Source: Aliivibrio fischeri ES114 (GTDB taxonomy: Bacteria > Pseudomonadota > Gammaproteobacteria > Enterobacterales > Vibrionaceae). From it: a stretch of DNA of 32,000 bases. The stretch lies in the NCBI RefSeq assembly GCF_000011805.1, contig NC_006840.2, one strand, 5' to 3'. This document shows, piece after piece, positions 1 through 9,441 of this stretch. The translations under genes and the position numbers were made by a program. Positions within the stretch are counted from its first letter, which is position 1; the number at the start of each line of letters is the position of its first letter. The notes beneath the pieces were generated by a model. That model saw only the letters and a program-made list of their open reading frames with translations. It did not search any database and was not told the origin of the DNA.

Positions 1-26
1 CCTTAGCTTAAGGTGGGGTTTTTATT
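1..26 (+). terminator. spf: Probable 3' terminator end of the Spot 42 sRNA gene (spf), truncated by the window start
   Basis: Window opens with CCTTAGCTTAAGGTGGGGTTTTTATT: hairpin CCTTA-GCT-TAAGG, then TGGGG (which could pair with CCCCA just outside the window) and a T-run. spf normally lies beside engB/yihA, facing it, in enterics and vibrios (established). The sRNA body is not in the window. Confidence 0.5.
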
Positions 27-84
27 TGCCTTTCGCAAACTCATTACTAACAGAGTCGCTTAGGGGCAATGGTGCTAAATAAGG

Positions 85-732
85 TTATTCAGCATCCAGA
101 TCTTCGATGAATTCATCATCTAGTTCAAAAGCAGGCGCAAACCACTCATCTAATTTAGCGCGCAGCTTATCAACACCAATGCCTTTTAAAGATGAAAACG
201 CATCAACTTCAACTTCGCCACCAAAATCAACAGCAGCTTCACGAACTTTAAGCACTTGTGCTTTACGGGCTCCGCTTTTCAGCTTGTCTGCTTTCGTTAA
301 TAGGATTTGTACTGGGATATTTTGGTCTACAGCCCAGAAAACAAGTTGTTGGTCGATGTCTTTTAGTGGATGACGAATATCCATTAATACAACCAAACCT
401 TGTAAACATTGGCGTTTTTGTAGGTATTCACCTAACGATTTCTGCCATTTCTTCTTCATTTCAAGTGGTACTTGAGCGAAACCATATCCCGGTAAATCAA
501 CGATATGACAGTTTTCTTCAACTTTAAATAAGTTAATAAGCTGAGTACGACCAGGTGTTTTAGAAGTCTTTGCTAGGCTTTTCTGGTTGGTTAAGCGATT
601 TAATGCGCTTGATTTACCCGCATTAGAACGGCCAGCGAAGGCAACTTCAATACCTTCATCTTCAGGTAGATGGCGAATATCTGGTGCACTCGTAATGAAA
701 TGCGTCTTTTGGTAGTGAATAGTTTTGCTCAC
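85..732 (-). CDS. engB: Ribosome biogenesis GTP-binding protein EngB/YihA (YsxC)
   Basis: 215 aa; [12 protein letters not shown] (G1), PGRTQLIN (G2), DLPGYG (G3), LTKADKLK (G4). Confidence 0.96.
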   Translation of the reverse strand: MSKTIHYQKTHFITSAPDIRHLPEDEGIEVAFAGRSNAGKSSALNRLTNQKSLAKTSKTPGRTQLINLFKVEENCHIVDLPGYGFAQVPLEMKKKWQKSLGEYLQKRQCLQGLVVLMDIRHPLKDIDQQLVFWAVDQNIPVQILLTKADKLKSGARKAQVLKVREAAVDFGGEVEVDAFSSLKGIGVDKLRAKLDEWFAPAFELDDEFIEDLDAE

Positions 733-1020
733 TGGTTAACTCCGTCTCGACTAAAACCAAGCTGTAGATAATGATCCAAGTTGGATTATTGTAGTCAGCT
801 GATTACTTTTTTGTGAAAATGTGTAAAATAACCGCATCAAGTTAGTCATTATTAACTTTTTAGTGACAAACTTAGAATGAAAACGGTAAAGGCCGCTCAT
901 TGTATCATGCTGTAGCCAATTTAGAGCGGTACTGGAAGCTTAATATCCAACACAATGTAAATAAATCTTGTTAAAAAGAGTAACTCATTGTGCAGGAACG
1001 ATAATAATAAATGGAATGTC

Positions 1021-1638
1021 ATGAAAAAATTAGCGCTGATATTAACTCTCCTAGCTAGTTGCTCAACATGGGCTCAAGGAGATATTGAAGCTGGGAAGCA
1101 AAAATCTGCAACATGTGCCGCTTGTCATGGTCAAGAAGGTAACAGTACTCTGACTCAATATCCGAATATTGCAGGCCAACACGCCGGCTATCTTGAGAAG
1201 CAACTTAAAGAATTTAAGTTAGGAATGGAAACTCAAGGTAAGCAAGGTCGTCTCGAGCCAGTAATGAGTGGTATGGCAATGCCATTAACAGAGCAAGATA
1301 TTATGGATTTATCAGCCTATTTTGCCTCGTTACCAATGGCCGACAATACAACACCAGAAGAGGTGATTCCAGAAGGTAAAGCCTTGTATTTAGCGGGTGA
1401 TATGGAGCGTGGTATTACTGCGTGTGTTGCATGTCATGGCCCTCGTGGTAACGGTACATCACTATCTGGCTTCCCTAAAATTTCTGGTCAACATGCTGAT
1501 TATGTGAAAGCGCAACTAGAGAAATTCCGTTCAGCAGATCGTGCAAATGATATGAATGCAATGATGCGTGATATTGCGAAAAAACTGACTGATGAAGACA
1601 TTGATACGTTATCGAAATATGTGGGTGGGCTGCATTAA
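1021..1638 (+). CDS. Diheme cytochrome c4 family protein, periplasmic
   Basis: Signal peptide MKKLALILTLLASCSTWAQG and two CxxCH heme motifs (CAACHG, CVACHG) in two homologous halves. The track ORF starts at 988; ATG at 1021 gives the proper signal peptide. Confidence 0.93.
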   Translation: MKKLALILTLLASCSTWAQGDIEAGKQKSATCAACHGQEGNSTLTQYPNIAGQHAGYLEKQLKEFKLGMETQGKQGRLEPVMSGMAMPLTEQDIMDLSAYFASLPMADNTTPEEVIPEGKALYLAGDMERGITACVACHGPRGNGTSLSGFPKISGQHADYVKAQLEKFRSADRANDMNAMMRDIAKKLTDEDIDTLSKYVGGLH

Positions 1639-1681
1639 TTTAATGTAATTCGCATCATCATTACGTCTAAATTTAAAGAAG

Positions 1682-1704
1682 CAGCTCTTGTAGCTGTTTT
1701 TTTT
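1682..1704 (+). terminator. Intrinsic terminator after cytochrome c4 gene
   Basis: CAGCT-CTTGT-AGCTG followed by TTTTTTTT. Confidence 0.65.
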
Positions 1705-1792
1705 ATTAAAAAATCGGTTAAAACGATTATCTTTGCACCAGTATCGGGTATACTTCCCGCCCTAGAATTTTCAGGTAGTGGAGTGGGTTCAC

Positions 1793-2434
1793 ATGCAATC
1801 TTGCCCTTTGTGTCAACATTCTAAGGCTGATGATTTCCATCAAGATAAGCGTCGTCGATATTATCGATGCCAGCAATGTCATCTTGTTTATGTGGATGAA
1901 TCAGACCGTTTAGATGCAGAGAACGAAAAAGCTCACTATGACCTCCATGAAAATAATCTTGACGATGAAGGGTATAGAACCTTCTTATCACGATTTGCAG
2001 AGCCTTTGTTGTCACGTGTTGGTGAGACACCTCAACAAGGACTAGACTTTGGGTGTGGTCCTGGACCTTTACTTGCTCATATGATGAGAGAGGCCGGTCA
2101 CCACGTCGAACTTTATGATATTTATTACGCCCCAGATAAGAGCGTGCTGAATAAGCAGTATGACTTCGTCAGTTGTACAGAAGCTGTTGAGCATTTTTAT
2201 CAACCTCAAAACGAACTGGAATTGTTATTGAGCTTGGTAAAACCTGGAGGTTGGTTAGGTATCATGACGAAACTAGCCAGGGACGAAAGCGCGTTTGCCA
2301 CTTGGCATTACAAAAATGATTTAACCCATGTCAGCTTTTTTAGCATTGAAACCTTTGAGTTTATTGCCAAGCAATATCAACTTGAACTGGAGTTTGTTGG
2401 AAAAGATGTCATTTTACTGAGGAAAACCCAGTAA
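1793..2434 (+). CDS. Class I SAM-dependent methyltransferase with N-terminal zinc-ribbon-like CxxC pairs
   Basis: CPLCQH...CQQCH metal-binding-like segment; GLDFGCGPGPLL motif I; EAVEHF. Track ORF begins 1778; ATG at 1793 is a plausible start. Confidence 0.8.
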   Translation: MQSCPLCQHSKADDFHQDKRRRYYRCQQCHLVYVDESDRLDAENEKAHYDLHENNLDDEGYRTFLSRFAEPLLSRVGETPQQGLDFGCGPGPLLAHMMREAGHHVELYDIYYAPDKSVLNKQYDFVSCTEAVEHFYQPQNELELLLSLVKPGGWLGIMTKLARDESAFATWHYKNDLTHVSFFSIETFEFIAKQYQLELEFVGKDVILLRKTQ

Positions 2435-2979
2435 TGAGCCGTATTAAAAAAGCCCGTAAGCCGGGAATGTCGAGCCAACCAGTTGTTGTTACTCGTAACC
2501 GTACTGACCGTGATGTAGAAAGCCGCGAAATTAAGCGTAAAAGAAAACGTAAAGGTCTAAAAGCCGGTGCTCGTAATGCAGAAAGCAACGCAGAGCAAGC
2601 TCGTCGTAATGCACAGAAAAAAGATCCACGTATTGGTAGTAAAAAACCAATTCAATTAGTTGTTGAAGCAAAACAAAAAACAACTAAGCAAGAGCGCCGC
2701 CTAACTAACGAGCAAGAGCTAGCAATGTTAGAGAATGATGCGCAATTAATGGTTCTTTTAGATCGTCTAGACAGTGGTGAGAACCTAGGTACTGGTCTAC
2801 AGAAATACGTAGATGAAAAACTAGCTCGCATTGAACACCTAATGGGTCGTTTAGGTCTATTAGATGACGAAGAGCCAGAAGAAATTGAAGAATTCCCAGA
2901 GTTCGCAGAGCGTAAAGCAAAAAGCGATGATGATCTTCTAGCGGAATTTGATGACTTCAATATGGATGATTTTAAATAA
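2434..2979 (+). CDS. yihI: Der GTPase-activating protein YihI
   Basis: Basic N-terminus MSRIKKARKPG..., KRKRKRKGLKAG, acidic C-terminus DDDLLAEFDDFNMDDF. ATG overlaps the previous stop by 1 nt (TAATG). Confidence 0.85.
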   Translation: MSRIKKARKPGMSSQPVVVTRNRTDRDVESREIKRKRKRKGLKAGARNAESNAEQARRNAQKKDPRIGSKKPIQLVVEAKQKTTKQERRLTNEQELAMLENDAQLMVLLDRLDSGENLGTGLQKYVDEKLARIEHLMGRLGLLDDEEPEEIEEFPEFAERKAKSDDDLLAEFDDFNMDDFK

Positions 2980-2981
2980 TT

Positions 2982-3473
2982 ATGTCTACAGTAACCCTGT
3001 TAGCACTGCTTGGTGGTGCAATTATTCTTGCGTTAGCCGGTTATGCTGGCAGCTTACTGATGAAGTTAAAAAAGCAAAAAGAACTGCAAGAACAACATAG
3101 AAAATTGGCGATACAGCAACGTAACGCCAATATTTTTGAGAATGTGGTATTACTTTGCCAAGCAGGTCTTCAAGACCGATGTGATTTCTCAGAGCTCTCT
3201 ATTCGTTTGTACTGCATCATGGATTATCTGCAAGAAGATGAGCGTATTGATGTAGAAAAAGAATACCCAGCATTATCTGAGTTATACCATGTTGTAAAAG
3301 ACATGGCGCGTGGCGATGAAAGGCAAGAACTAGCGAAAAAAGATCGAATGAAAGATAACTTAGTTCGAACTAAGGCTGAAGCTCGCCTACAAGATGCGAT
3401 TAAAGAAGAAATTCAACAACTGCATGATCGTGTTAAACCACTGAATCAAAATATTGATATTAAAATGATCTGA
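2982..3473 (+). CDS. DUF2489-type membrane-anchored protein
   Basis: One N-terminal TM helix (LLALLGGAIILALAGYAGSLLM), then a soluble helical domain; lies directly after yihI and before hemN, the usual place for this family. Confidence 0.65.
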   Translation: MSTVTLLALLGGAIILALAGYAGSLLMKLKKQKELQEQHRKLAIQQRNANIFENVVLLCQAGLQDRCDFSELSIRLYCIMDYLQEDERIDVEKEYPALSELYHVVKDMARGDERQELAKKDRMKDNLVRTKAEARLQDAIKEEIQQLHDRVKPLNQNIDIKMI

Positions 3474-3581
3474 TCGACACTTCTATTTACTACTGCATTG
3501 AAGTCATCGGCTTTATGAAGCAAATGTTTTATGATGCAGGGTAATGGTGTCAGTGCAGATATAAAGAGATGGAAGTAAGTC

Positions 3582-4955
3582 ATGTCAAATCAACAAATAG
3601 TATGGGACCAAGAGATCATTGAGAAGTATAACTACTCAGGTCCACGTTACACCTCTTACCCAACTGCTTTAGAGTTTCACGAAGCGTATACTCCTGCTGA
3701 ATTTGATATGGCATGTACTCAGTACCCTGAGCGCCCACTTTCTCTTTATATCCACATCCCGTTTTGCCACAAACTGTGTTACTTCTGTGGCTGTAATAAG
3801 GTGATCACTCGTCATCACCATAAAGCGGATATTTACCTTGATTCCCTAGAACTTGAAATTCGCCAACGTGCGGCACTATTTACTGAGCGTAAAGTAACGC
3901 AATTGCACTTTGGTGGCGGTACACCAACGTTTCTAACTAAAGTTCAATTCACTCGTTTAATGACCTTATTACGCGGTGAGTTCCAGTTTGAAGAGGGCGC
4001 TGAAATCAGCATCGAAGTTGACCCTCGTGAAATAGAATTGGATATGCTGGATCACTTACGTGATGAAGGGTTCAACCGTCTAAGTATTGGTGTTCAAGAT
4101 TTCAATAAAGAAGTGCAGCAGTTGGTTAACCGTGACCAAGATGAAGACTTCATTATTCAGATGGTACAACGCGCTAAAGATCTTGGCTTCCGCTCAACGA
4201 ACCTAGATTTAATCTACGGTTTACCAAAGCAATCTGCTGATTCACTAGCTAATACGATCAAACGTGTACTAGAGATGGAACCGGGTCGCCTATCTGTATT
4301 TAACTATGCGCACATGCCAACTCTGTTTGCTGCTCAACGTAAAATTAAAGATGCCGATCTACCTGCGCCAGCTGAAAAGCTAGTAATGCTTCAAGAGACG
4401 ATTGAAACATTAACAGGTGCTGGTTATCAGTTTATCGGTATGGATCACTTTGCTTTACCTGATGATGAATTAGCGGTAGCGCAACGTGAAGGGGTTCTTC
4501 ACCGTAACTTCCAAGGTTATACCACTCAAGGTGAGTGTGACTTATTAGGTATGGGTGTATCAGCGATTTCAATGATTGGTGATAGCTACGCTCAGAATAA
4601 GAAAGATCTAAAAGAATATTACGCACAAGTTGATGAACAACGTCATGCTTTATGGCGTGGTGTGGCTTTAGATAATGATGATTTAATTCGTCGCGAAGTG
4701 ATTAAACAGCTTATTTGTAACTTCACTCTAGATACCAAAGCGATCGAAGCAGAGTTTAATTTAGACTTTGATACGTACTTTGCTGAAGACATTAAATTAC
4801 TGCAAACTTTCATTAATGATGAGTTAGTAACAATGCATGAAGGTCGTATTGATGTTGAGCTTCGTGGCCGTCTTCTGATCCGTAATATCTGTATGTGTTT
4901 TGATAAGTACTTACGTGATCGTGCTCGTCAGCAGCAGTTTTCGAGAGTTATCTAA
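3582..4955 (+). CDS. hemN: Oxygen-independent coproporphyrinogen III oxidase (radical SAM)
   Basis: 457 aa; YTSYPTA N-terminus, HIPFCHKLCYFCGCNK (radical SAM cysteines), HFGGGTPTFL, SIEVDPRE. Confidence 0.97.
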   Translation: MSNQQIVWDQEIIEKYNYSGPRYTSYPTALEFHEAYTPAEFDMACTQYPERPLSLYIHIPFCHKLCYFCGCNKVITRHHHKADIYLDSLELEIRQRAALFTERKVTQLHFGGGTPTFLTKVQFTRLMTLLRGEFQFEEGAEISIEVDPREIELDMLDHLRDEGFNRLSIGVQDFNKEVQQLVNRDQDEDFIIQMVQRAKDLGFRSTNLDLIYGLPKQSADSLANTIKRVLEMEPGRLSVFNYAHMPTLFAAQRKIKDADLPAPAEKLVMLQETIETLTGAGYQFIGMDHFALPDDELAVAQREGVLHRNFQGYTTQGECDLLGMGVSAISMIGDSYAQNKKDLKEYYAQVDEQRHALWRGVALDNDDLIRREVIKQLICNFTLDTKAIEAEFNLDFDTYFAEDIKLLQTFINDELVTMHEGRIDVELRGRLLIRNICMCFDKYLRDRARQQQFSRVI

Positions 4956-4956
4956 G

Positions 4957-5149
4957 CGTAGGGACGAGAAGCGAGTGCGGACTTTGTCCTTAAGGGGCGA
5001 GTAAGAGCCTTGTGACTTGTTTGCAAATTTGAAACCGTAGGTGTTAATGCACCTGCGGTTTTTTGTTTTTAAGAGCAAGGTTTCAGGCATTGTTATTTTC
5101 TGTTTTTGTGCTGTAATTACAACGATCACCCCTGAACCCTGCTCTTAAG
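4957..5149. repeat. Intergenic repeat-family member between hemN and asnC
   Basis: TAGGGACGAG...GAGTGCGGACTTTGTCCTTA right after the hemN stop (matches the reverse complement of ~30196-30246), plus TTAAGAGCAAGGTTTCAGG (5069-5087) versus CCTGAACCCTGCTCTTAAG (5131-5149), an imperfect inverted repeat. Confidence 0.65.
5032..5066 (+). terminator. Intrinsic terminator downstream of hemN
   Basis: AAACCGTAGGTG-TTAAT-GCACCTGCGGTTTTTTG; near-perfect stem followed by a T-run. Confidence 0.75.
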
Positions 5150-5606
5150 GCTTCACATTACGACTAATAGGATTCTGCAGCGAGATCAGCGTCTCTGTCG
5201 ACTGCACTTCATCAATCGCTTGCAGTTTATCAATCAAGACATATTGCAACTCTTCAATGCTCTTGCACATTAACTTGACGAAGATATTGTAAGCACCCGT
5301 GGTGTAATAGGCTTCAACCACTTCTTCCAAGGCATCGAGTTTCGCTAAGGCTGAATGATAGTCACGCGCCGCATAGAGATTAATACCAATAAAGCAGCAC
5401 ACATCGTAGCCCAAGGTTTTTGGGTTAACGACCACCTCAGTACCTTCAATGATGTTAGCCGCTTTCATTTTTTCAATACGAACATGAATGGTTGCAGGGC
5501 TTACATCAAAACGTTTTGCGAGTTCAGCGTAAGGCGTTCGAGCATCATTCATTAACGCTTGTAAAATATCTCGGTCGAGATCATCGATTTTGCTGGTTTG
5601 GTTCAT
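5145..5606 (-). CDS. asnC: Transcriptional regulator AsnC (Lrp/AsnC family)
   Basis: DARTPYAELAKRFDVSPATIHVRIEKMK HTH, GYDVCCFIGINL, AYYTTGAYNIFVKLMC, STETLISLQNPISRNVKP; very close to E. coli AsnC as remembered. Confidence 0.92.
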   Translation of the reverse strand: MNQTSKIDDLDRDILQALMNDARTPYAELAKRFDVSPATIHVRIEKMKAANIIEGTEVVVNPKTLGYDVCCFIGINLYAARDYHSALAKLDALEEVVEAYYTTGAYNIFVKLMCKSIEELQYVLIDKLQAIDEVQSTETLISLQNPISRNVKP

Positions 5607-5731
5607 GATGCATCCTTACATAGTGGTCAATCTTTAAATTACCTTAAGATAAGAGATTCGGCGAGCACTTTATCTAGTCGTTTTTATTAATATCCATTAC
5701 CATAGGCACTGACTGTTCCTAATTATTAAGC

Positions 5732-6526
5732 TTGTTGGAGTGCCCTGTGCAAATAGCGTTATTGTCTGAAGATCCAAATCGTCAATCTGAGTTAGAGGCC
5801 ATTGCCACTCGCTGGGGATTAGAGCACGATGAAGATAATGTATTTGCGTTGGTATTAACCGATAAACAACTGGAATTGCGTAAGCGTGATGAACCAAAGC
5901 TTGGTGCTATTTTTGTTGATTTGGTATCAGGTGCGGTTGCTCATCGTCGTAAATTTGGTGGTGGTAAAGGGCAATCTATTGCTAAAGCGGTGGGCTTAAA
6001 CAAAGGTGCGACACCGATTGTACTTGATGGAACGGCAGGGTTAGGTCGAGATGCGTTTGTATTGGCTTCTCTTGGCTGTAAAGTGCAAATGGTTGAGCGT
6101 CATCCTGTTGTTGCCGCATTGTTGGATGATGGGTTAGCTCGAGCAAAACAAGATGCTGAGATAGGTGTGTGGGTTGCTGAGCGCATGTCGTTATTACACG
6201 CTTCAAGTCATGACGCATTAGAGCAATTGATGGCTCAAGATGATTTTGTACAGCCAGATGTTGTGTATTTAGACCCTATGTATCCGCATCCGGTGAACAA
6301 AAAGAAAAGCGCATTAGTAAAAAAAGAAATGCGTGTTTTCCAATCCTTAGTTGGTGCAGATAATGATGCCGATGCTTTGTTGGCACCGGCATTATCGATG
6401 GCGACAAAACGAGTGGTCGTTAAACGCCCTGATTACGCAGAGTGGTTAGATAATCAAAAACCATCGATGGCGATTGAAACGAAAAAGAACCGTTTCGATG
6501 TCTACGTAAATGCCGCAATGGCTTAA
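5732..6526 (+). CDS. rsmJ: 16S rRNA (guanine1516-N2)-methyltransferase RsmJ
   Basis: [53 protein letters not shown]. Exact start among nearby TTG/GTG codons is uncertain. Confidence 0.92.
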   Translation: MLECPVQIALLSEDPNRQSELEAIATRWGLEHDEDNVFALVLTDKQLELRKRDEPKLGAIFVDLVSGAVAHRRKFGGGKGQSIAKAVGLNKGATPIVLDGTAGLGRDAFVLASLGCKVQMVERHPVVAALLDDGLARAKQDAEIGVWVAERMSLLHASSHDALEQLMAQDDFVQPDVVYLDPMYPHPVNKKKSALVKKEMRVFQSLVGADNDADALLAPALSMATKRVVVKRPDYAEWLDNQKPSMAIETKKNRFDVYVNAAMA

Positions 6527-6948
6527 TCTTTAAACGGAACCACTAATACATCAATTGGACAGGTATTAATAACTTGTCTGGTTGATGACAGTAATTTACT
6601 CCAGAAATCCTGGTGGTGCCCACAGACCACTAGATTCACATCAAGGTTCTCGATAGCTTCGGTTAATTCATTGCTTAAATCACCACTACTTACCAATGTT
6701 TTGTGGATAGGGTAATCTGCAAATTCCACCAGATGCTTCATCGCTTCTTTTGATGCTTCCATCGCTTGGTGTTGTGTTTCTGCTAGGTTGATATCAATCA
6801 GACCGGTATAAAGCTCTGCATAGCTAACATCAATATGAATAAAAGAAACTTTAGCATCTAACGCTTTTGCAAGACCAACGGCTTTACTTACTAGTGCCTT
6901 GCTCTCTTCTGTTAAATCAACAGCAACAAGAATGTGTTGGTAACTCAT
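6523..6948 (-). CDS. uspA: Universal stress protein A
   Basis: 141 aa; [23 protein letters not shown]; convergent with rsmJ, overlapping by 4 nt; near uspB and the yhiN-like gene, as in enteric synteny. Confidence 0.88.
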   Translation of the reverse strand: MSYQHILVAVDLTEESKALVSKAVGLAKALDAKVSFIHIDVSYAELYTGLIDINLAETQHQAMEASKEAMKHLVEFADYPIHKTLVSSGDLSNELTEAIENLDVNLVVCGHHQDFWSKLLSSTRQVINTCPIDVLVVPFKD

Positions 6949-7130
6949 GATATATCTCCTTTAAATTCAAAATTGAATTATTTGATAACTATAGATTAGC
7001 ACCAGAATTGTTCTTTTTTTGTCGTTTAGATCTCGTTCTGATTGATAGTTATTGATTAATCAAAGAACGAGGGATATATGATATAATTGTTAAAATTTCA
7101 GATGAAAATAGCTCATAAAGGAATCTAAAA

Positions 7131-7658
7131 ATGTTAGCTCAAACTATGGTTGATCACCTAAATGCACAAATTAATCTAGAATTTTTCTCATCTAATCTAT
7201 ACTTACAGATGAGTGCTTGGTGTGAAGATAAAGGCTTTGATGGCGCCGCTGAGTTTTTCCGAGCTCACGCAGCAGAAGAAATGGAGCATATGCAACGTCT
7301 GTTTACTTATGTTAGCGAAACCGGTGCAATGCCAATTTTAGGTGCAATTGAAGCGCCACAATCGGAATTCTCTGGCCTTGGTGATGTATTTCGTACAACG
7401 TTGGAGCATGAGCAAATGATCACTCAAGAGATCAACAAACTAGCTCATGTAGCTTTTACTTCTCAAGACTACTCAACGTTTAATTTCCTTCAATGGTATG
7501 TTGCTGAGCAGCATGAAGAAGAGAAATTATTCAAAGGAATTTTGGATAAAATTGACCTAGTAGGTGAAGATGGTAAAGCGCTGTTCTTTATTGATAAAGA
7601 CTTAGCCGCTTTAGCTAAATCTGGTTCTTCATCTATTATGGATAGCACTGCTGGATAA
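7131..7658 (+). CDS. ftnA: Non-heme ferritin FtnA
   Basis: 175 aa; [57 protein letters not shown] ferroxidase residues. Confidence 0.94.
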   Translation: MLAQTMVDHLNAQINLEFFSSNLYLQMSAWCEDKGFDGAAEFFRAHAAEEMEHMQRLFTYVSETGAMPILGAIEAPQSEFSGLGDVFRTTLEHEQMITQEINKLAHVAFTSQDYSTFNFLQWYVAEQHEEEKLFKGILDKIDLVGEDGKALFFIDKDLAALAKSGSSSIMDSTAG

Positions 7659-7753
7659 GTATCAATCTTTGCAATGTAGTCGTCTACAGATAATGTAAGT
7701 ACATCAAGGGTCGTTATTTATCAGGCACACAGACAAGAATGTCGGAGGTGAGT

Positions 7754-8092
7754 ATGATCAGTGGCGACCTAATTTTATTAGCGTTATTTACAGTGACAGG
7801 TATTAATATAATTCGATACCTAAGTACATTAAAAACCCTTCTTTTTGTTATGAGAGAGGCACATCCATTGCTGTATCAGCAGGTTGATGGACGTGGTTTT
7901 TTCACCACGCATGGTAACTTTGGTAAGCAAACCAAATTACTCCAATATTTATGGCAAGAAGAGTATCTTGATCATCATGATACGCTCTTTGTATTTAAAT
8001 GTGAGAAAGCTCGTTATCTATTTATGTTATCTAGTGCGCTACTAGTTGTTAGTGTTGCGGTGTTTTTCTTAGTAATTAGTTTGGGCATCTAG
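7754..8092 (+). CDS. uspB: Universal stress protein B
   Basis: MISGDLILLALFTVTGINIIRYLSTLKTLL...; two TM segments; ATG at 7754 matches the family start better than the track start 7739. Confidence 0.87.
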   Translation: MISGDLILLALFTVTGINIIRYLSTLKTLLFVMREAHPLLYQQVDGRGFFTTHGNFGKQTKLLQYLWQEEYLDHHDTLFVFKCEKARYLFMLSSALLVVSVAVFFLVISLGI

Positions 8093-8140
8093 CGCTGATA
8101 ATAGTACACTCCATGCCAATTAAATTTGGGTGAGAGTGTC

Positions 8141-9325
8141 ATGAAAAAAGTAGACGTAGTCGTTATCGGTGCCGGTGCTGCCGGATTAATGTGTGCAGCA
8201 GAAGCCGCGAAGCGTGGCCGTTCAGTATTAGTTGTTGACCATGCAAAAAAACCGGGACGTAAAATCCTTATTTCAGGTGGTGGTCGTTGTAATTTCACGA
8301 ATTACGATGTGACTGCGAGTAACTATGTCTGTCAAAACCCTCACTTTGTAAAATCGGCTTTATCTCAGTACACCAACTGGGACTTTATCTCTTTGATCTC
8401 TAAATATGGAATTGAGTTTGAAGAGCGCGACCATGGACAACTTTTCTGTATTGATTCTGCAAAAGAGATTGTCGATATGTTGCTTAAAGAGTGTGAATCA
8501 GTTGGCGTTAATTATCGTTATCGCTGTGAAATCTCTGGCATTAAAAAAACGGACACAGGCTTTACGCTCATGCTTGATTTAGATGAGTTAGCGTGTGAGT
8601 CCCTTGTGGTCGCAACGGGTGGTTTATCGATGCCAAAATTGGGTGCAACGCCATTTGGTTATCAGATTGCTGAGCAGTTTGGGCTTTCTATGGTACCAAC
8701 GACTGCAGGCTTAGTGCCATTCACACTGCATAAAGAAGATAAAGAAGCATTTTCTGAACTGTCTGGTATTGCGATTCCTATTGTTGTGGAATCAGAGAAC
8801 GGTAGCAGTTTTAAAGAAAACCTATTGTTTACTCATCGTGGGTTATCTGGCCCGTCTATTTTACAAATTTCATCTTATTGGAAAGCAGGACAAAAGGTAA
8901 CGATTGACCTTCTTCCTAATGACGATTTAAGTGAAGAATTAGACAAAATGCGAGAGAGCAACCCAAATCAAAGCATCAAAAACTCACTTGCTAAATTATT
9001 ACCCAAAAGAGTAGTTGAAACTCTGTTAAATAAGACTATTTTTAATGAGCGATCTCTAAAACAAGTCAATCCAAAAGAGCAGCAAGAGTTATGCTCTTTA
9101 CTTCACAAATGGCAAGTTTTACCAAATGGAACAGAAGGCTACAGAACAGCTGAGGTGACATTAGGTGGGGTAAATACAGACGAATTGTCTTCAAAAACAA
9201 TGGAATCTAAGAAAGTACCTGGCTTGTATTTTGTCGGTGAAGTCATGGATGTGAGTGGTTGGCTTGGTGGCTATAATTTCCAATGGGCATGGTCTAGTGG
9301 ATATGTAGCAGGAATTAATGTGTAG
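8141..9325 (+). CDS. NAD(P)/FAD-dependent oxidoreductase, YhiN/HI0933-like family
   Basis: VVVIGAGAAGLMCAAEAAKRGRSVLVVDHAKKPGRKILISGGGRCNFTN; FVGEVMDVSGWLGGYNFQWAWSSGYVAG. ATG at 8141 preferred over the upstream TTG. Confidence 0.92.
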   Translation: MKKVDVVVIGAGAAGLMCAAEAAKRGRSVLVVDHAKKPGRKILISGGGRCNFTNYDVTASNYVCQNPHFVKSALSQYTNWDFISLISKYGIEFEERDHGQLFCIDSAKEIVDMLLKECESVGVNYRYRCEISGIKKTDTGFTLMLDLDELACESLVVATGGLSMPKLGATPFGYQIAEQFGLSMVPTTAGLVPFTLHKEDKEAFSELSGIAIPIVVESENGSSFKENLLFTHRGLSGPSILQISSYWKAGQKVTIDLLPNDDLSEELDKMRESNPNQSIKNSLAKLLPKRVVETLLNKTIFNERSLKQVNPKEQQELCSLLHKWQVLPNGTEGYRTAEVTLGGVNTDELSSKTMESKKVPGLYFVGEVMDVSGWLGGYNFQWAWSSGYVAGINV

Positions 9326-9441
9326 TTAGTTCCATTTTTTGCACCTTTGTTCGCCTTAATTTTATAAAACGCATACGTTTCTACCGTTTCAGTTATGGAT
9401 GACATGTTGTTAATTTTATCTTTATAAGGGCTTAATAAATA

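Noticed and set aside
4911-5129. 72-aa minus-strand ORF between hemN and asnC
   Set aside because: Overlaps the hemN 3' end, the hemN terminator and repeat modules; no recognisable protein features.
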